This document shows, in pieces, positions 1 through 9,290 of a stretch of 64,000 bases of DNA. The DNA comes from Candidatus Woesearchaeota archaeon (GTDB lineage Archaea; Nanobdellota; Nanobdellia; Pacearchaeales; UBA284). The notes beneath the pieces are model-generated. The model made no database searches. It saw only the letters and a list, made by a program, of their open reading frames with translations, and had not been told where the DNA came from. The translations under genes and the position numbers were made by a program. Position 1 is the stretch's first letter. Each line of letters starts with the position of its first letter. The DNA lies in NCBI GenBank assembly GCA_964354405.1, contig CAYGZP010000001.1, positions 84,879 through 148,878 on the forward strand, in the 5' to 3' direction.

Positions 1-182
1 GTCAATCTTTCTTTAAGCATTCTCATATTCTCTTCCAAGTCATTCATCCTTGTACTAAAATCAGAAAGTAAAGCTGAAACTGCTCCGAGCTCTTGATTAT
101 CCATTTTTGCTTTTTCCTTTAATTGCCCCTTTTATGTCGCTATGAAAAAGAAAATTCAATTTAAATATTTAACTTAAGGGGG

Positions 183-740
183 CTACTTATGGAGTCCTTT
201 ACTGTTATAGTAACTTATCCAGTCTAATTTTTTGCCCTTAAATCTCAACCGAGTTATATGACAATTGTGATGATCAAAATGTCTGCATTGCTTCATGCTA
301 AGTCCTAATTTTTTCTTGAGCATAAGCCTTATCCACCCCCCGTGCCCCACAATAACTATAACTTTCCCCATATGTTTTTCCAAAATATTATCTAGTGCTT
401 TTACTGCTTTTCTATAATACCTTTTCATTTTCCAATATAATGGATGGAAAATTTTTTGCTCGAAGATTATTTTATTAAATTCAGAAAGTTCATCAACAGT
501 TTTTGGCTTTTTCTTCAATACTTTTTCAATTTCTTTTGCAGTTTCTTTAGCTCTAGACATTGAACTGCAATAAATAACATCAACTTCATTCTTAATTTTT
601 TTAAATTCTCTGGCAACTTCCTTTGCTTGTTTCTTGCCAAGTTTTGTTAATCTTGCACCATTTGGAAGTCTATCTCCATGTCTTACAAAGAAAATTATTG
701 TCTTTTCTCTTTCCCATTCATTCGGGTTTTTTAGAGCCAT
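183..740 (-). CDS. histidine phosphatase superfamily protein (phosphoglycerate mutase-like)
   Basis: N-terminal RHG-type motif (FFVRHGDR) and a later HGG motif, typical of branch-1 histidine phosphatases. Confidence 0.6.
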   Translation of the reverse strand: MALKNPNEWEREKTIIFFVRHGDRLPNGARLTKLGKKQAKEVAREFKKIKNEVDVIYCSSMSRAKETAKEIEKVLKKKPKTVDELSEFNKIIFEQKIFHPLYWKMKRYYRKAVKALDNILEKHMGKVIVIVGHGGWIRLMLKKKLGLSMKQCRHFDHHNCHITRLRFKGKKLDWISYYNSKGLHK

Positions 741-836
741 TAGATTAAATAAAAAACAAACATATTTAATCTTTTCTTATCGCAACAATTAAAAATATAA
801 CTTAACTAACTATATCGTAAAAAGAGGCATACAAAA

Positions 837-3128
837 ATGATGTTTAAAGAGGGCACCAAATTATATACTTATGAAGTTGTCCGCGAAGCTGGCCAGGATG
901 TCATGTATGTCAACTATCTCGGCGCAGCTTATGTCCCTGCTATCGGTGATTCGCCAGTTGTGATGGCCAGGACAATTGACTTTCTCATAGAAGCTCCAAG
1001 CATCTCAAGAATTGTTTTTGTTCAGCAGAGGAACTACAGCTATGATTTCCACGAAGTCACGATGCTTAATGAAATCGCGCAGCTCTATATCCATTTGATA
1101 AAACAGGAAAAAGTATTGGCAACATCTACTCTTGAACCCTACAAGTGTAAGAAACACTTGACACAAAGATATGAAGTCATGCGTTATTTAATTTTAAGTT
1201 TGTTAAAACAGGATCCAATAAGCTGTTATGTCGAAGCCAGAAGGATTTTGCACGAAGAAAAGATTGTCGCAAAGAACATGCCCGAGTCAGATCTTACTTG
1301 CGAGAATCATTATATAAGACTCTTGACAAAAATCACTGCGATGCTCGAGAATCTGACACTAATAAAATCCATAAAAGATCGCTTAGAAGGATATCAGTTG
1401 GGCGATAGAAGTTTATATGTAGACTTATTCCGCCCCGAGATAGTTCCAAACTTCACCTTCACAAGACTCATGGCGTCGATGCCTCCTGACGCAGAGATAA
1501 TCGACGAATATGAAATAGGCCCAGAACATGACAAAAGTTCCGTGACGATATTAAAATCCCCTGACTCAACAAAATATGTCTATCATCTTGTAGCCCCTGA
1601 GTTCACTTTAAATGAAGATATGCAGTCTCTTGTAAACTTAGCCAGAAATGTCTTGCTTGAGCACAAACCCAAAGCAGAGGAGTTCACAGACCCCGCGAGA
1701 ATAAGACAGGTTTTTTTCAGCATCGCCCGCGATCTTTTACAAGAACTAAGCGAGACAAAAAAAGTCGCGCTCACATACAAGCAACTTAACAAACTTGCTA
1801 CTATTTTAGTAAGATATACTATTGGATTTGGTTTGATAGAGGTTTTATTGCAAGATGAAAATCTCCAAGACATAATGATTAATGCTCCCGCAGGCGCAGT
1901 TCCTATGTTTGTCAGACATCAGGAGTTTGATGAATGCGACACAAACATAATTCCTTCACATGAAGATGCAGAATCCTGGGCCGCGAAGTTCAGGATGATG
2001 TCCGGCCGTCCTCTCGATGAAGCCAACCCCGTTCTTGACACAGAACTTATTGTTGGCAATGCTCGAGCAAGAGTAGCAATAATCCAACAGCCCCTCTCGC
2101 CCTATGGCCTTGCATATGCATTAAGAAGACATAGAGAGAAGCCCTGGACTCTTCCATTATACATAAAAAACAGGATGATAAACCCTCTCGCCGCAGGACT
2201 GTTATCATTCCTCATCGATGGTTCAAGAACACTGTTAATCGCAGGAACAAGAAGCTCGGGAAAAACTTCCTTGCTGGGCGCGTGCATGCTAGAAATCATG
2301 TCCCGATATAGAATAATTGTGTGCGAAGGCACAATGGAGCTTCCTGTAGATTCTTTCCGTGAGATGGGCTACGACATTTTAAGAATGAAGGTTCGCGAAG
2401 CATTGACAAGAGAATCTTCTGAACTCAGCGCAGCCGAAGGCATCAGAACAAGTTTGAGATTAGGAGACTCTGGCTTAATAGTCGGAGAGGTTCGAAGTGA
2501 AGAAGCTCTAAGCTTGTATGAAGCCATGAGAGTTGGCGCGTTAGCTAATGTAGTTGCGGGCACAATTCATGGAGCCTCGCCTTACGGAGTGTTCGACAGA
2601 GTTGTCAATGATTTGAAAGTTCCCGCTACTAGTTTTAAAGCAACTGACATAATCGCAATAGCCAATCCAATCAAAAGTCCCGATGGAATGCATCGCTGGC
2701 GCCGAGTTCTTCAGCTGACAGAAGTGAGAAAACACTGGACATTAGACCCTGCAACCGAGCATGGTTTCGTTGATTTGATGAGATATGATGTCACAAAAGA
2801 TGAGCTTGTTGCAACAGATGATTTGATCAATGGAGAGTCAGAAGTTCTGAAAGATATTGCGGGCAATGTCAAGGGATGGGCAGGCTCATGGGATGCTGTC
2901 TGGGATAACATTCTCCTAAGAGCAAAAATCAAGCAGGCTATAGTCGAGGCAAGTGTCAAAACAAAAGATGCAAACTTGCTCGAAGCTCCATTTGTACTCA
3001 GGTGCACTAATGCGTTTCATGAAATCTCAGACAAAGTAAGGCAAGAAATAGGGGTTCCTCAAGGAAAGCGAGTTTTCAAAGAATGGCAAGTTTGGCTCGA
3101 GCACGAACTCAAGAGAAAGAAGTTATGA
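837..3128 (+). CDS. FlaI/ArlI-type secretion ATPase (GspE/VirB11/KaiC-superfamily) with ~400 aa N-terminal extension
   Basis: Walker A AGTRSSGKTSLLGA preceded by a LIDGSRTLLIAG block and followed by CEGTMELPV, the canonical FlaI/GspE core; Walker B-like block present; the N-terminal ~400 aa have no recognisable motif. Confidence 0.7.
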   Translation: MMFKEGTKLYTYEVVREAGQDVMYVNYLGAAYVPAIGDSPVVMARTIDFLIEAPSISRIVFVQQRNYSYDFHEVTMLNEIAQLYIHLIKQEKVLATSTLEPYKCKKHLTQRYEVMRYLILSLLKQDPISCYVEARRILHEEKIVAKNMPESDLTCENHYIRLLTKITAMLENLTLIKSIKDRLEGYQLGDRSLYVDLFRPEIVPNFTFTRLMASMPPDAEIIDEYEIGPEHDKSSVTILKSPDSTKYVYHLVAPEFTLNEDMQSLVNLARNVLLEHKPKAEEFTDPARIRQVFFSIARDLLQELSETKKVALTYKQLNKLATILVRYTIGFGLIEVLLQDENLQDIMINAPAGAVPMFVRHQEFDECDTNIIPSHEDAESWAAKFRMMSGRPLDEANPVLDTELIVGNARARVAIIQQPLSPYGLAYALRRHREKPWTLPLYIKNRMINPLAAGLLSFLIDGSRTLLIAGTRSSGKTSLLGACMLEIMSRYRIIVCEGTMELPVDSFREMGYDILRMKVREALTRESSELSAAEGIRTSLRLGDSGLIVGEVRSEEALSLYEAMRVGALANVVAGTIHGASPYGVFDRVVNDLKVPATSFKATDIIAIANPIKSPDGMHRWRRVLQLTEVRKHWTLDPATEHGFVDLMRYDVTKDELVATDDLINGESEVLKDIAGNVKGWAGSWDAVWDNILLRAKIKQAIVEASVKTKDANLLEAPFVLRCTNAFHEISDKVRQEIGVPQGKRVFKEWQVWLEHELKRKKL

Positions 3129-3193
3129 GAAATATCTTAAAACATATTATCTATAGCAATAATCTATTTAAGCTTTTTATTGATGATGTTTAG

Positions 3194-4039
3194 ATGGCTG
3201 AGGGTATTGAACTGTTTGGGATAATTTCTCAATTTAATTTTAATAAAGATTTCTCTCTTAAGCCCAGTTGTTTTTTGTTAAGTAAAATTAAAGGTTATAA
3301 TAATATTAAAATTGGTCTTGAAAAAAGTACAGTACCACAAGAAGACCATCTTTATTGGGATGAGCTGATTAATGCCATGAATGAAGGCACTATCCACTGT
3401 TCTTTAGACAATTTGGATTTTAAGAAGCTTGAAAAGGAACTAAGAACACATTTTAGTAAATTAAAGAGTTTACATATTCCGCCAGCAGATAAGGGGGTAT
3501 TATATGAGATCGGAAACCAGTATGCTGAAAGGATAACTATAGCTAGTCGTTTGTCCTCTATTGTAAATAACCTCTTAACAGAAAAACCAGATGTGCTCAT
3601 TCTTACTATAGGAAATGCAGATTATTTATACCGACAGCGAGAACAGCTTGAAAAATTAGATATTTTTATTAAAGATTTTATGGGTTTTGAAACATTTCCT
3701 CCAATGAAAATAGTGAATAATTTATGTCACGAACATCAGTTTGACAACGAAGCAATTTATCAAGCTTTGCCTAGGAATGGGTTCATTAGAGAAATTAGGA
3801 GGCTTGAGAGTGACTCCCTTATAGATGAATTATTGGACAAAGATATATGGGAATCTGCCCAAGATATAACAAAATTAAATCGAGATTATGAAGGATATCT
3901 TAGAATTTTTGAAGCGTTTTGCAGAAATGAGCAATTAGCAATTGCCTTCATGGAAGGCTATAAGAAGTTTGGTGGCAAAATCAGCCTTGATGAAATTAAA
4001 AAGGCAACAGCAGAAGCATTAAAACAATATCAAGGCTAG
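3194..4039 (+). CDS. hypothetical protein downstream of FlaI-like ATPase
   Basis: ORF of ordinary composition with 65-nt spacing after the ATPase; no motif recognised. Confidence 0.3.
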   Translation: MAEGIELFGIISQFNFNKDFSLKPSCFLLSKIKGYNNIKIGLEKSTVPQEDHLYWDELINAMNEGTIHCSLDNLDFKKLEKELRTHFSKLKSLHIPPADKGVLYEIGNQYAERITIASRLSSIVNNLLTEKPDVLILTIGNADYLYRQREQLEKLDIFIKDFMGFETFPPMKIVNNLCHEHQFDNEAIYQALPRNGFIREIRRLESDSLIDELLDKDIWESAQDITKLNRDYEGYLRIFEAFCRNEQLAIAFMEGYKKFGGKISLDEIKKATAEALKQYQG

Positions 4040-4080
4040 CCAAGCGAAAAGTAAATAAAACCCTGTGTCTATAAAAGAGC

Positions 4081-4800
4081 ATGGAGTGGAAAAAAGAGTA
4101 TTTTAATGAATTATTTGTCTGGCTGCTAGCCTCTATCTTCATGGCTTTTATTTTCGCAGTAAAATTCCAATGGCCAATCATAAGTATAGAACCTTTAGAC
4201 ATTTTACTCGGCTTATTATATTCATTTATTATCTTCGGAGTTTTTATCGGAGCTCAGAAACTCGTTGCTTTTGCTGTAGATTGCAAGACTACAACCAAGC
4301 TCCTTAGCTTTAGAAGATACTGGTTCCGCTCTTTCACAGAGCGCGGCTCTGCATTATTACCATTTGAATTTCCGGCATGGATTCTTCTTCCTGTAATCTT
4401 TGCCTTCGCTAACATTCCATGGTTCGCAATTTTAAACTTTGATGTAGAACCAAAAACATCTCATGTCAGGCACAGATGGCAAAACTTAACAGAGTGGGAC
4501 ATTGGCAAAATCTCAATCGCGGGCCCTCTCGCTCTGATGGCATTAGGTCTAATCGTCAGAATTTTCGGCGCAAGTGAATTTGCATTCTTGTGCATGCTTG
4601 CCGCGTTTCTCGCACTAGTTCCCATAGGCTTGGGATTCAAACTTGCAGTAAGCTCAAGGATATTATGGTTCTTTGCCTTTGTATTCGCTCTCACAATGCT
4701 GTTATTAATCAAACTTCAGAGCACATTTGCAGTGATAATGATTGCAGTTATCTTTGCAGCTCTCGCAACATTGGCATATTATGTCTTATATGAAAAATAA
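4081..4800 (+). CDS. polytopic membrane protein (unknown function)
   Basis: Six or more hydrophobic segments; no HExxH or GGD peptidase motif found. Confidence 0.35.
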   Translation: MEWKKEYFNELFVWLLASIFMAFIFAVKFQWPIISIEPLDILLGLLYSFIIFGVFIGAQKLVAFAVDCKTTTKLLSFRRYWFRSFTERGSALLPFEFPAWILLPVIFAFANIPWFAILNFDVEPKTSHVRHRWQNLTEWDIGKISIAGPLALMALGLIVRIFGASEFAFLCMLAAFLALVPIGLGFKLAVSSRILWFFAFVFALTMLLLIKLQSTFAVIMIAVIFAALATLAYYVLYEK

Positions 4801-4812
4801 CTTAAGAAATAA

Positions 4813-5292
4813 TCACCTTTCTTCTTTTTCCTTTTCTTCTTCCTCTAATTCTTCCTTAGTTCTTCTTATAACTTTTACATTGTCTATTTTTACAGTTATA
4901 GGAATAGGAACCGCTGCTTCGAGCAGCTCGACAACAACTTCTTCTCGAGCTTTATCAATCCTCACAACTTTTGCCTTCTCTCTCTTGAAAGGCTCTGTCA
5001 ACATTTCCACAATATCGCCTTTTTCGATGTTAATCGCTGTGACCACTGGCTGGATCATTGACTCTATCTCTTTGTAGCTTATTGCCTTGGGAATCAATCC
5101 TTTAACATATGGCAGATTGTAAATCGCCTGCTCAGCGCTTTCAGTATCTAAAGCCTCGAGAATAATATAACCTCTCAATCCATGCGGCCTAGCAACAGAA
5201 AAAACATTCGATTTTTTCTTCTCAGCCCTGTCCGCAATCAAGTCCAAAGCCTGGTCTTCTTTGTTTGTCGTAACTTTCACTACAAATATCAT
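4813..5292 (-). CDS. spt5: transcription elongation factor Spt5 (NusG homologue)
   Basis: NGN-like N-terminus, a KOW motif (KGDIVEMLTEPFKREKAKVVRID), an acidic C-tail, and a conserved position next to secE. Confidence 0.8.
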   Translation of the reverse strand: MIFVVKVTTNKEDQALDLIADRAEKKKSNVFSVARPHGLRGYIILEALDTESAEQAIYNLPYVKGLIPKAISYKEIESMIQPVVTAINIEKGDIVEMLTEPFKREKAKVVRIDKAREEVVVELLEAAVPIPITVKIDNVKVIRRTKEELEEEEKEKEER

Positions 5293-5327
5293 TTTAATTC
5301 CGCTGTTATTTTTTGTTAGTTTTTGAG

Positions 5328-5648
5328 TTAATAAATCTTTTTAGCATAAATGTAGTAACCAAGGAAAACTTCTTTCATCAAAACTCCTTGCACAGTCACT
5401 TTCTTTCCTTCTGCAGGAAGTTCTTTGCTCTGAACACTTATGCTGTACTCGCCTTCTGTAAGAGAGAATCCTGACAATGTTCCGATTTTTATGCTGTTTG
5501 AAACCACTCCGCTCACTGCAATCTCCTTGCCGATATATTTCTCAGGAGTTTCTTTCAGTTCGCGGACACTCACAAACCCGCAGCCCGAGAGTAACAAGGC
5601 TATGAGTAACAATATCAAAATCCCAAAAACAAAATAATTTTTATCCAT
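5328..5648 (-). CDS. small secreted lipoprotein (hypothetical)
   Basis: Signal peptide followed by LLSGCGF, a lipobox-like Cys. Confidence 0.4.
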   Translation of the reverse strand: MDKNYFVFGILILLLIALLLSGCGFVSVRELKETPEKYIGKEIAVSGVVSNSIKIGTLSGFSLTEGEYSISVQSKELPAEGKKVTVQGVLMKEVFLGYYIYAKKIY

Positions 5649-5690
5649 TTTTTATTTTCTATTCTTTGATACAATCTTTTTTAAAGATTG

Positions 5691-5912
5691 TTAAGTGAAT
5701 AATAATATATAAAGTAATCCGATAATAAATCCTATCATCCCAATGGCTAATATCCCTAAAGCCGAGACTTTCGAGACTTGCTTGACTTCTTCTGTAGTGG
5801 GTTTTCTGGCTACTTTGAAGACCCTGACACACTTGCCAAAAAAGTCCCCAGCTGCCTTGAAAATGCTTTTTTTCTTCTCTTCTTCCATTTTAGATAGCGA
5901 TATAAAAATCAA
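5691..5912 (-). CDS. secE: protein translocase subunit SecE/Sec61-gamma
   Basis: About 70 aa with a basic N-terminus and a single C-terminal TM helix; classic secE-spt5(nusG) synteny. Confidence 0.6.
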   Translation of the reverse strand: MIFISLSKMEEEKKKSIFKAAGDFFGKCVRVFKVARKPTTEEVKQVSKVSALGILAIGMIGFIIGLLYILLFT

Positions 5913-5939
5913 GAAAGAATATACTTAAAAATCTTGTTA

Positions 5940-7031
5940 TTACTTGGGCTCTTCAACAAAATCTATTCCGAGCTCTTCTTCCATTTCTCTCACATTCTTG
6001 TCATATCTTCTTTCTCCGGGCCCCAAGATTTGCGAGCTTTTGACTCCCGTGACTATAAGCAAAACCCTCAATGTTTTGTCCATATCTTCACTAAGCTGAG
6101 CGCCCCATATCATCTTTGCGTTAGGGCTGATTCTCTGTCCGATAGTCTCGATGACTTTCTTCGCCTCTTCTAATGTCAAATCCAATCCGCCGATAATGTT
6201 AATGAGTGCCCCACTCGCATCTGAAATATCAACATCTAACAATGGATTTTCTATAGCTTTTTCAACAGCTTCAGTTGCTCTGTCCTGCGAGTCGCTCTCC
6301 CCCACACCTATCATGGCAACCCCGCCATTCAACATCACAGCTTTAATATCCGCAAAGTCAAGATTAACTAATCCAGCCTTAGTTACAAGTTCTGCTGTTC
6401 CTTTGACCGCGCTCGTGAGAATTTCATCAGCAACTTTGAACGCAGTATGCAACGGCAAATCAGGAGCGAGTTCCAATAATTTATCATTGGGGATTACAAT
6501 TAAAGTATCAACAGCATTTTCAAGTTTCTCCAAGCCAATCATTGCGTTCTCATATCTCCTCTGGCCTTCAATTGTGAAAGGCAATGTAACAACAGCGATT
6601 GTTAACGCGCCCATTTTTTTCGCTAGGTTTGCAACAACTGGCGCAGCCCCTGTTCCGGTTCCTCCGCCTAATCCACAAGTAATGAAAACCATATCTCCTC
6701 CCTGCAATTTCTGCTTAATTTCATGCTCTGATTCGTGAGCAGCTTCCTCGCCAATCTGTGGATTGCTTCCTGCCCCTAAACCATGAGTCAATTCCTTTCC
6801 AACAAGTATTTTAGAATCTGCGCAAGTATAAAGTAAATCCTGCGCGTCAGTATTAATCGCGATAAGCTCCGCACCTTTAATCCCAATCTCCTTCATTCTT
6901 GTCAAGGTGTTCCCGCCGCCGCCACCGCATCCAAAAACTTTAATCGCTGCCTTATGTTTGGCGATAATTTCCTCAAGCTCTCTATCCACTTCATGAGTAA
7001 TTTCCTCTTTCAATTGAAATAATTCAGCCAT
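5940..7031 (-). CDS. ftsZ: cell division GTPase FtsZ
   Basis: Tubulin signature GGGTGTG ([15 protein letters not shown]) and the N-terminal [11 protein letters not shown]-binding loop. Confidence 0.9.
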   Translation of the reverse strand: MAELFQLKEEITHEVDRELEEIIAKHKAAIKVFGCGGGGGNTLTRMKEIGIKGAELIAINTDAQDLLYTCADSKILVGKELTHGLGAGSNPQIGEEAAHESEHEIKQKLQGGDMVFITCGLGGGTGTGAAPVVANLAKKMGALTIAVVTLPFTIEGQRRYENAMIGLEKLENAVDTLIVIPNDKLLELAPDLPLHTAFKVADEILTSAVKGTAELVTKAGLVNLDFADIKAVMLNGGVAMIGVGESDSQDRATEAVEKAIENPLLDVDISDASGALINIIGGLDLTLEEAKKVIETIGQRISPNAKMIWGAQLSEDMDKTLRVLLIVTGVKSSQILGPGERRYDKNVREMEEELGIDFVEEPK

Positions 7032-7152
7032 TTTTACCTATTTTTGCTCTATTGATAAATAAAAAACAACCAGTATATAAATTTTAGTATTCTTTAATCA
7101 ATATTTTAAAAAAGTCAGGTAAACATCCGATATTTTCTTGAGTTTGCTTAGT

Positions 7153-7794
7153 CTACTTAAATTCTAAATTCATTCCAAGAATTTCTTTAACTTTTTCTTT
7201 GAACAATTCAGCATCGCTCTTGTTCAAATTTTTCTGATTCTTCACCGCAACAAGCAACTTGCCTTCTTTCTCTTCTAAACTTTCGACATCAATTCTTAAA
7301 ACCCTTGCAATAGCTTCAACTTTCTTTTTAATATCGCTGACAATCGCTTTTATCTTGAATGTATATTTTATCTCCTTGCCCATAAGAGGATTATTCAAAT
7401 CTACAAGAGTTCTTCCACTTGTAACCGAGACAACTTTCGCGACAAAACCATTGACATTAACTAACATTCCAGCGTGAGGAATTTCAGAGAACGCACTTAA
7501 TGGAATAGTTTTAATCAACTTAGGATCGCGCTTTCCAAAAGCCTCTTCAGGCTTAAGAACAATCTTATAATCTTTGTCAATTTCTTTATCCTCGAGTGCT
7601 TTGTCAAAACCTTTTAAGAGCATTCCCTCGCCGATGCAGACAACAAGTGGCTCGAACTTTCCTTTACTAGTATCAATCCCCGCCTTCTTTGCCTCGCCCA
7701 CAAGAGTTGTGTCAAACAAAACTCCGTTAGCATAAGCGCTGAAATCTAATTCTACAAAATCTTTTTTCTGGGTTTTATCAGCCATGTCAAGCAA
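7153..7794 (-). CDS. FKBP-type peptidyl-prolyl cis-trans isomerase (long archaeal type with IF domain)
   Basis: FKBP core blocks (VLFDTTL...PLVVCIGEGMLLKGFDKAL) plus an insert-in-flap-like extension. Confidence 0.7.
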   Translation of the reverse strand: MLDMADKTQKKDFVELDFSAYANGVLFDTTLVGEAKKAGIDTSKGKFEPLVVCIGEGMLLKGFDKALEDKEIDKDYKIVLKPEEAFGKRDPKLIKTIPLSAFSEIPHAGMLVNVNGFVAKVVSVTSGRTLVDLNNPLMGKEIKYTFKIKAIVSDIKKKVEAIARVLRIDVESLEEKEGKLLVAVKNQKNLNKSDAELFKEKVKEILGMNLEFK

Positions 7795-7841
7795 AAGAAA
7801 AAATCAGTTTAAATGTCTTTCCTTATTTCTTTATCCCAATA

Positions 7842-8120
7842 TTAATGGTTTCTTATATTTCTTTTCGCAGGTTCGACTAAAATCAGACTCTTAACTAATT
7901 GATGATTGTAGAGACAATATTCCCTTCCTGGAATAAACTCTCCTTGTGGTCTATTATCCAAGGGTAAAAATATAGCCGCTCCATCTTTTCTGTTATTAAC
8001 ATACTGGAATAGTCCATTACCCATATATTGGATCTCTACAGAGATTGTATCTCCAATTCCAATCCCATTTTGCCTAAACAAAGTTTTCAATTTGTCTATA
8101 TCTGGTAAATCCATTTTCAT
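7842..8120 (-). CDS. hypothetical protein
   Basis: ORF only. Confidence 0.3.
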   Translation of the reverse strand: MKMDLPDIDKLKTLFRQNGIGIGDTISVEIQYMGNGLFQYVNNRKDGAAIFLPLDNRPQGEFIPGREYCLYNHQLVKSLILVEPAKRNIRNH

Positions 8121-8239
8121 TTCTCCTTGAAATTTAAAACAAAAATATAGAAGGAAAAACCATATTTAAACCTTACCCTTTGTCACTACATCATTACATC
8201 AAACGAAAGTTTTAAATATTATTTAAACTCTTAATACCC

Positions 8240-8626
8240 ATGGCTGAAAATTGGCGGAAGGGGCTTAGTAAAGATTTACAGTATCATATCGAACGAGTTA
8301 TTCTTGAGAGTTACTCACACAAATATGCAATCGAACAAGCAAAGGATAAGGGCAAGGCGCAGTTATGGGTGGCTTTGGCGATTCTTAACAAAAAAATTGC
8401 CGAGTTAGAATTAAAAACTGCATATTTAGAGCGGGTGCTTAAACAATTTTTCCCAAAGAAGCGCGTTTCGCAAGATGAAAGAGAAAAACAAGAAGCGGAA
8501 GTTGAAAAAATCCTTAAGAACCTTGTGACAGGGCAAAGAATTGAGCCAATAAAAAAACCGAGGGCAAAGAGAAAAGCAAGGAAAAAAATCAAGAGAAGTT
8601 CAATAAAGATAGCAAAATCTTTATAA
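8240..8626 (+). CDS. hypothetical coiled-coil protein with basic C-tail
   Basis: Heptad-like central region; KKPRAKRKARKKIKR tail. Confidence 0.3.
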   Translation: MAENWRKGLSKDLQYHIERVILESYSHKYAIEQAKDKGKAQLWVALAILNKKIAELELKTAYLERVLKQFFPKKRVSQDEREKQEAEVEKILKNLVTGQRIEPIKKPRAKRKARKKIKRSSIKIAKSL

Positions 8627-8688
8627 TTCTCTATAATTTTAAGCACAATCATCACAATCTTTATAAATTATCTTTTTCTTGTCTTGAC

Positions 8689-9084
8689 ATGTCGTCAAAA
8701 TTGGTTGATGCTACAGAGTTGAGATCAGGAAGTTTCGCAATAATTAACGAAGCTCCTTGTGTTATCAAGTCAGTTGACATCAGCAAAACCGGCAAGCATG
8801 GCGCGAGCAAGTGCAGGATAGAGGCAATAGGCATTTTAGATGATAAAAAAAGAATTACTGTAATGCCCGGCTCAGAGCGAATAACAGTTCCAATGATTGA
8901 AAAAAAGCGCGCACAGGTACTCAGTTTAAACAAACAAGATTCAAAAGCAAGTTTGATGGATCTCGAAAATTTCGAGACAATAGATTCTGCGATTGCTTCA
9001 GATTTGCTCGAGAACATCACAGATGGCTCACAAGTGGAATATTGGGATGTGGAAGGAAAAAAAATAATCAAGAGGTTGTTGTAA
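8689..9084 (+). CDS. aif5A: translation initiation factor 5A (aIF5A)
   Basis: Hypusine-loop motif SKTGKHGASK and an OB-fold C-terminal half. Confidence 0.85.
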   Translation: MSSKLVDATELRSGSFAIINEAPCVIKSVDISKTGKHGASKCRIEAIGILDDKKRITVMPGSERITVPMIEKKRAQVLSLNKQDSKASLMDLENFETIDSAIASDLLENITDGSQVEYWDVEGKKIIKRLL

Positions 9085-9085
9085 A

Positions 9086-9256
9086 ATGGCAAAAATAGAA
9101 GCAGCTCATGCAAGATTATTCAAGGGAGTATTTGTATGCCGAAGATGCGGCAGCAAGATAAGAGCGCAGGCAAGAAAGGTTTCTGAAGGTGGCGTGAGAT
9201 GCAGGAAATGCAAAAGCCTCGCGCTGCGGCCCAAGAGCAAGAAAACAAAGAAGTAA
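9086..9256 (+). CDS. rpl40e: 50S ribosomal protein L40e (not in the ORF track because <60 aa)
   Basis: 56-aa basic protein MAKIEAAHARLFKGVFVCRRCGSKI...RCRKCKSLALRPKSKK; C4 zinc-ribbon pattern and N-terminal AExRLFxxxxCxRC similar to archaeal L40e; starts 2 nt after the aIF5A stop. Confidence 0.65.
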   Translation: MAKIEAAHARLFKGVFVCRRCGSKIRAQARKVSEGGVRCRKCKSLALRPKSKKTKK

Positions 9257-9290
9257 ATAACAGTTTAATAAAAAAAGAACAAGAAAAAAG

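Noticed and set aside
1583-3007. Series of 64-98 aa ORFs on the minus strand inside the FlaI-like ATPase gene
   Set aside because: They are antisense to a long ORF with clear ATPase motifs; shadow ORFs with no start context
6151-6738. 195-aa plus-strand ORF inside ftsZ
   Set aside because: Antisense to the unmistakable FtsZ gene; composition typical of a shadow frame (S/A/T-rich)
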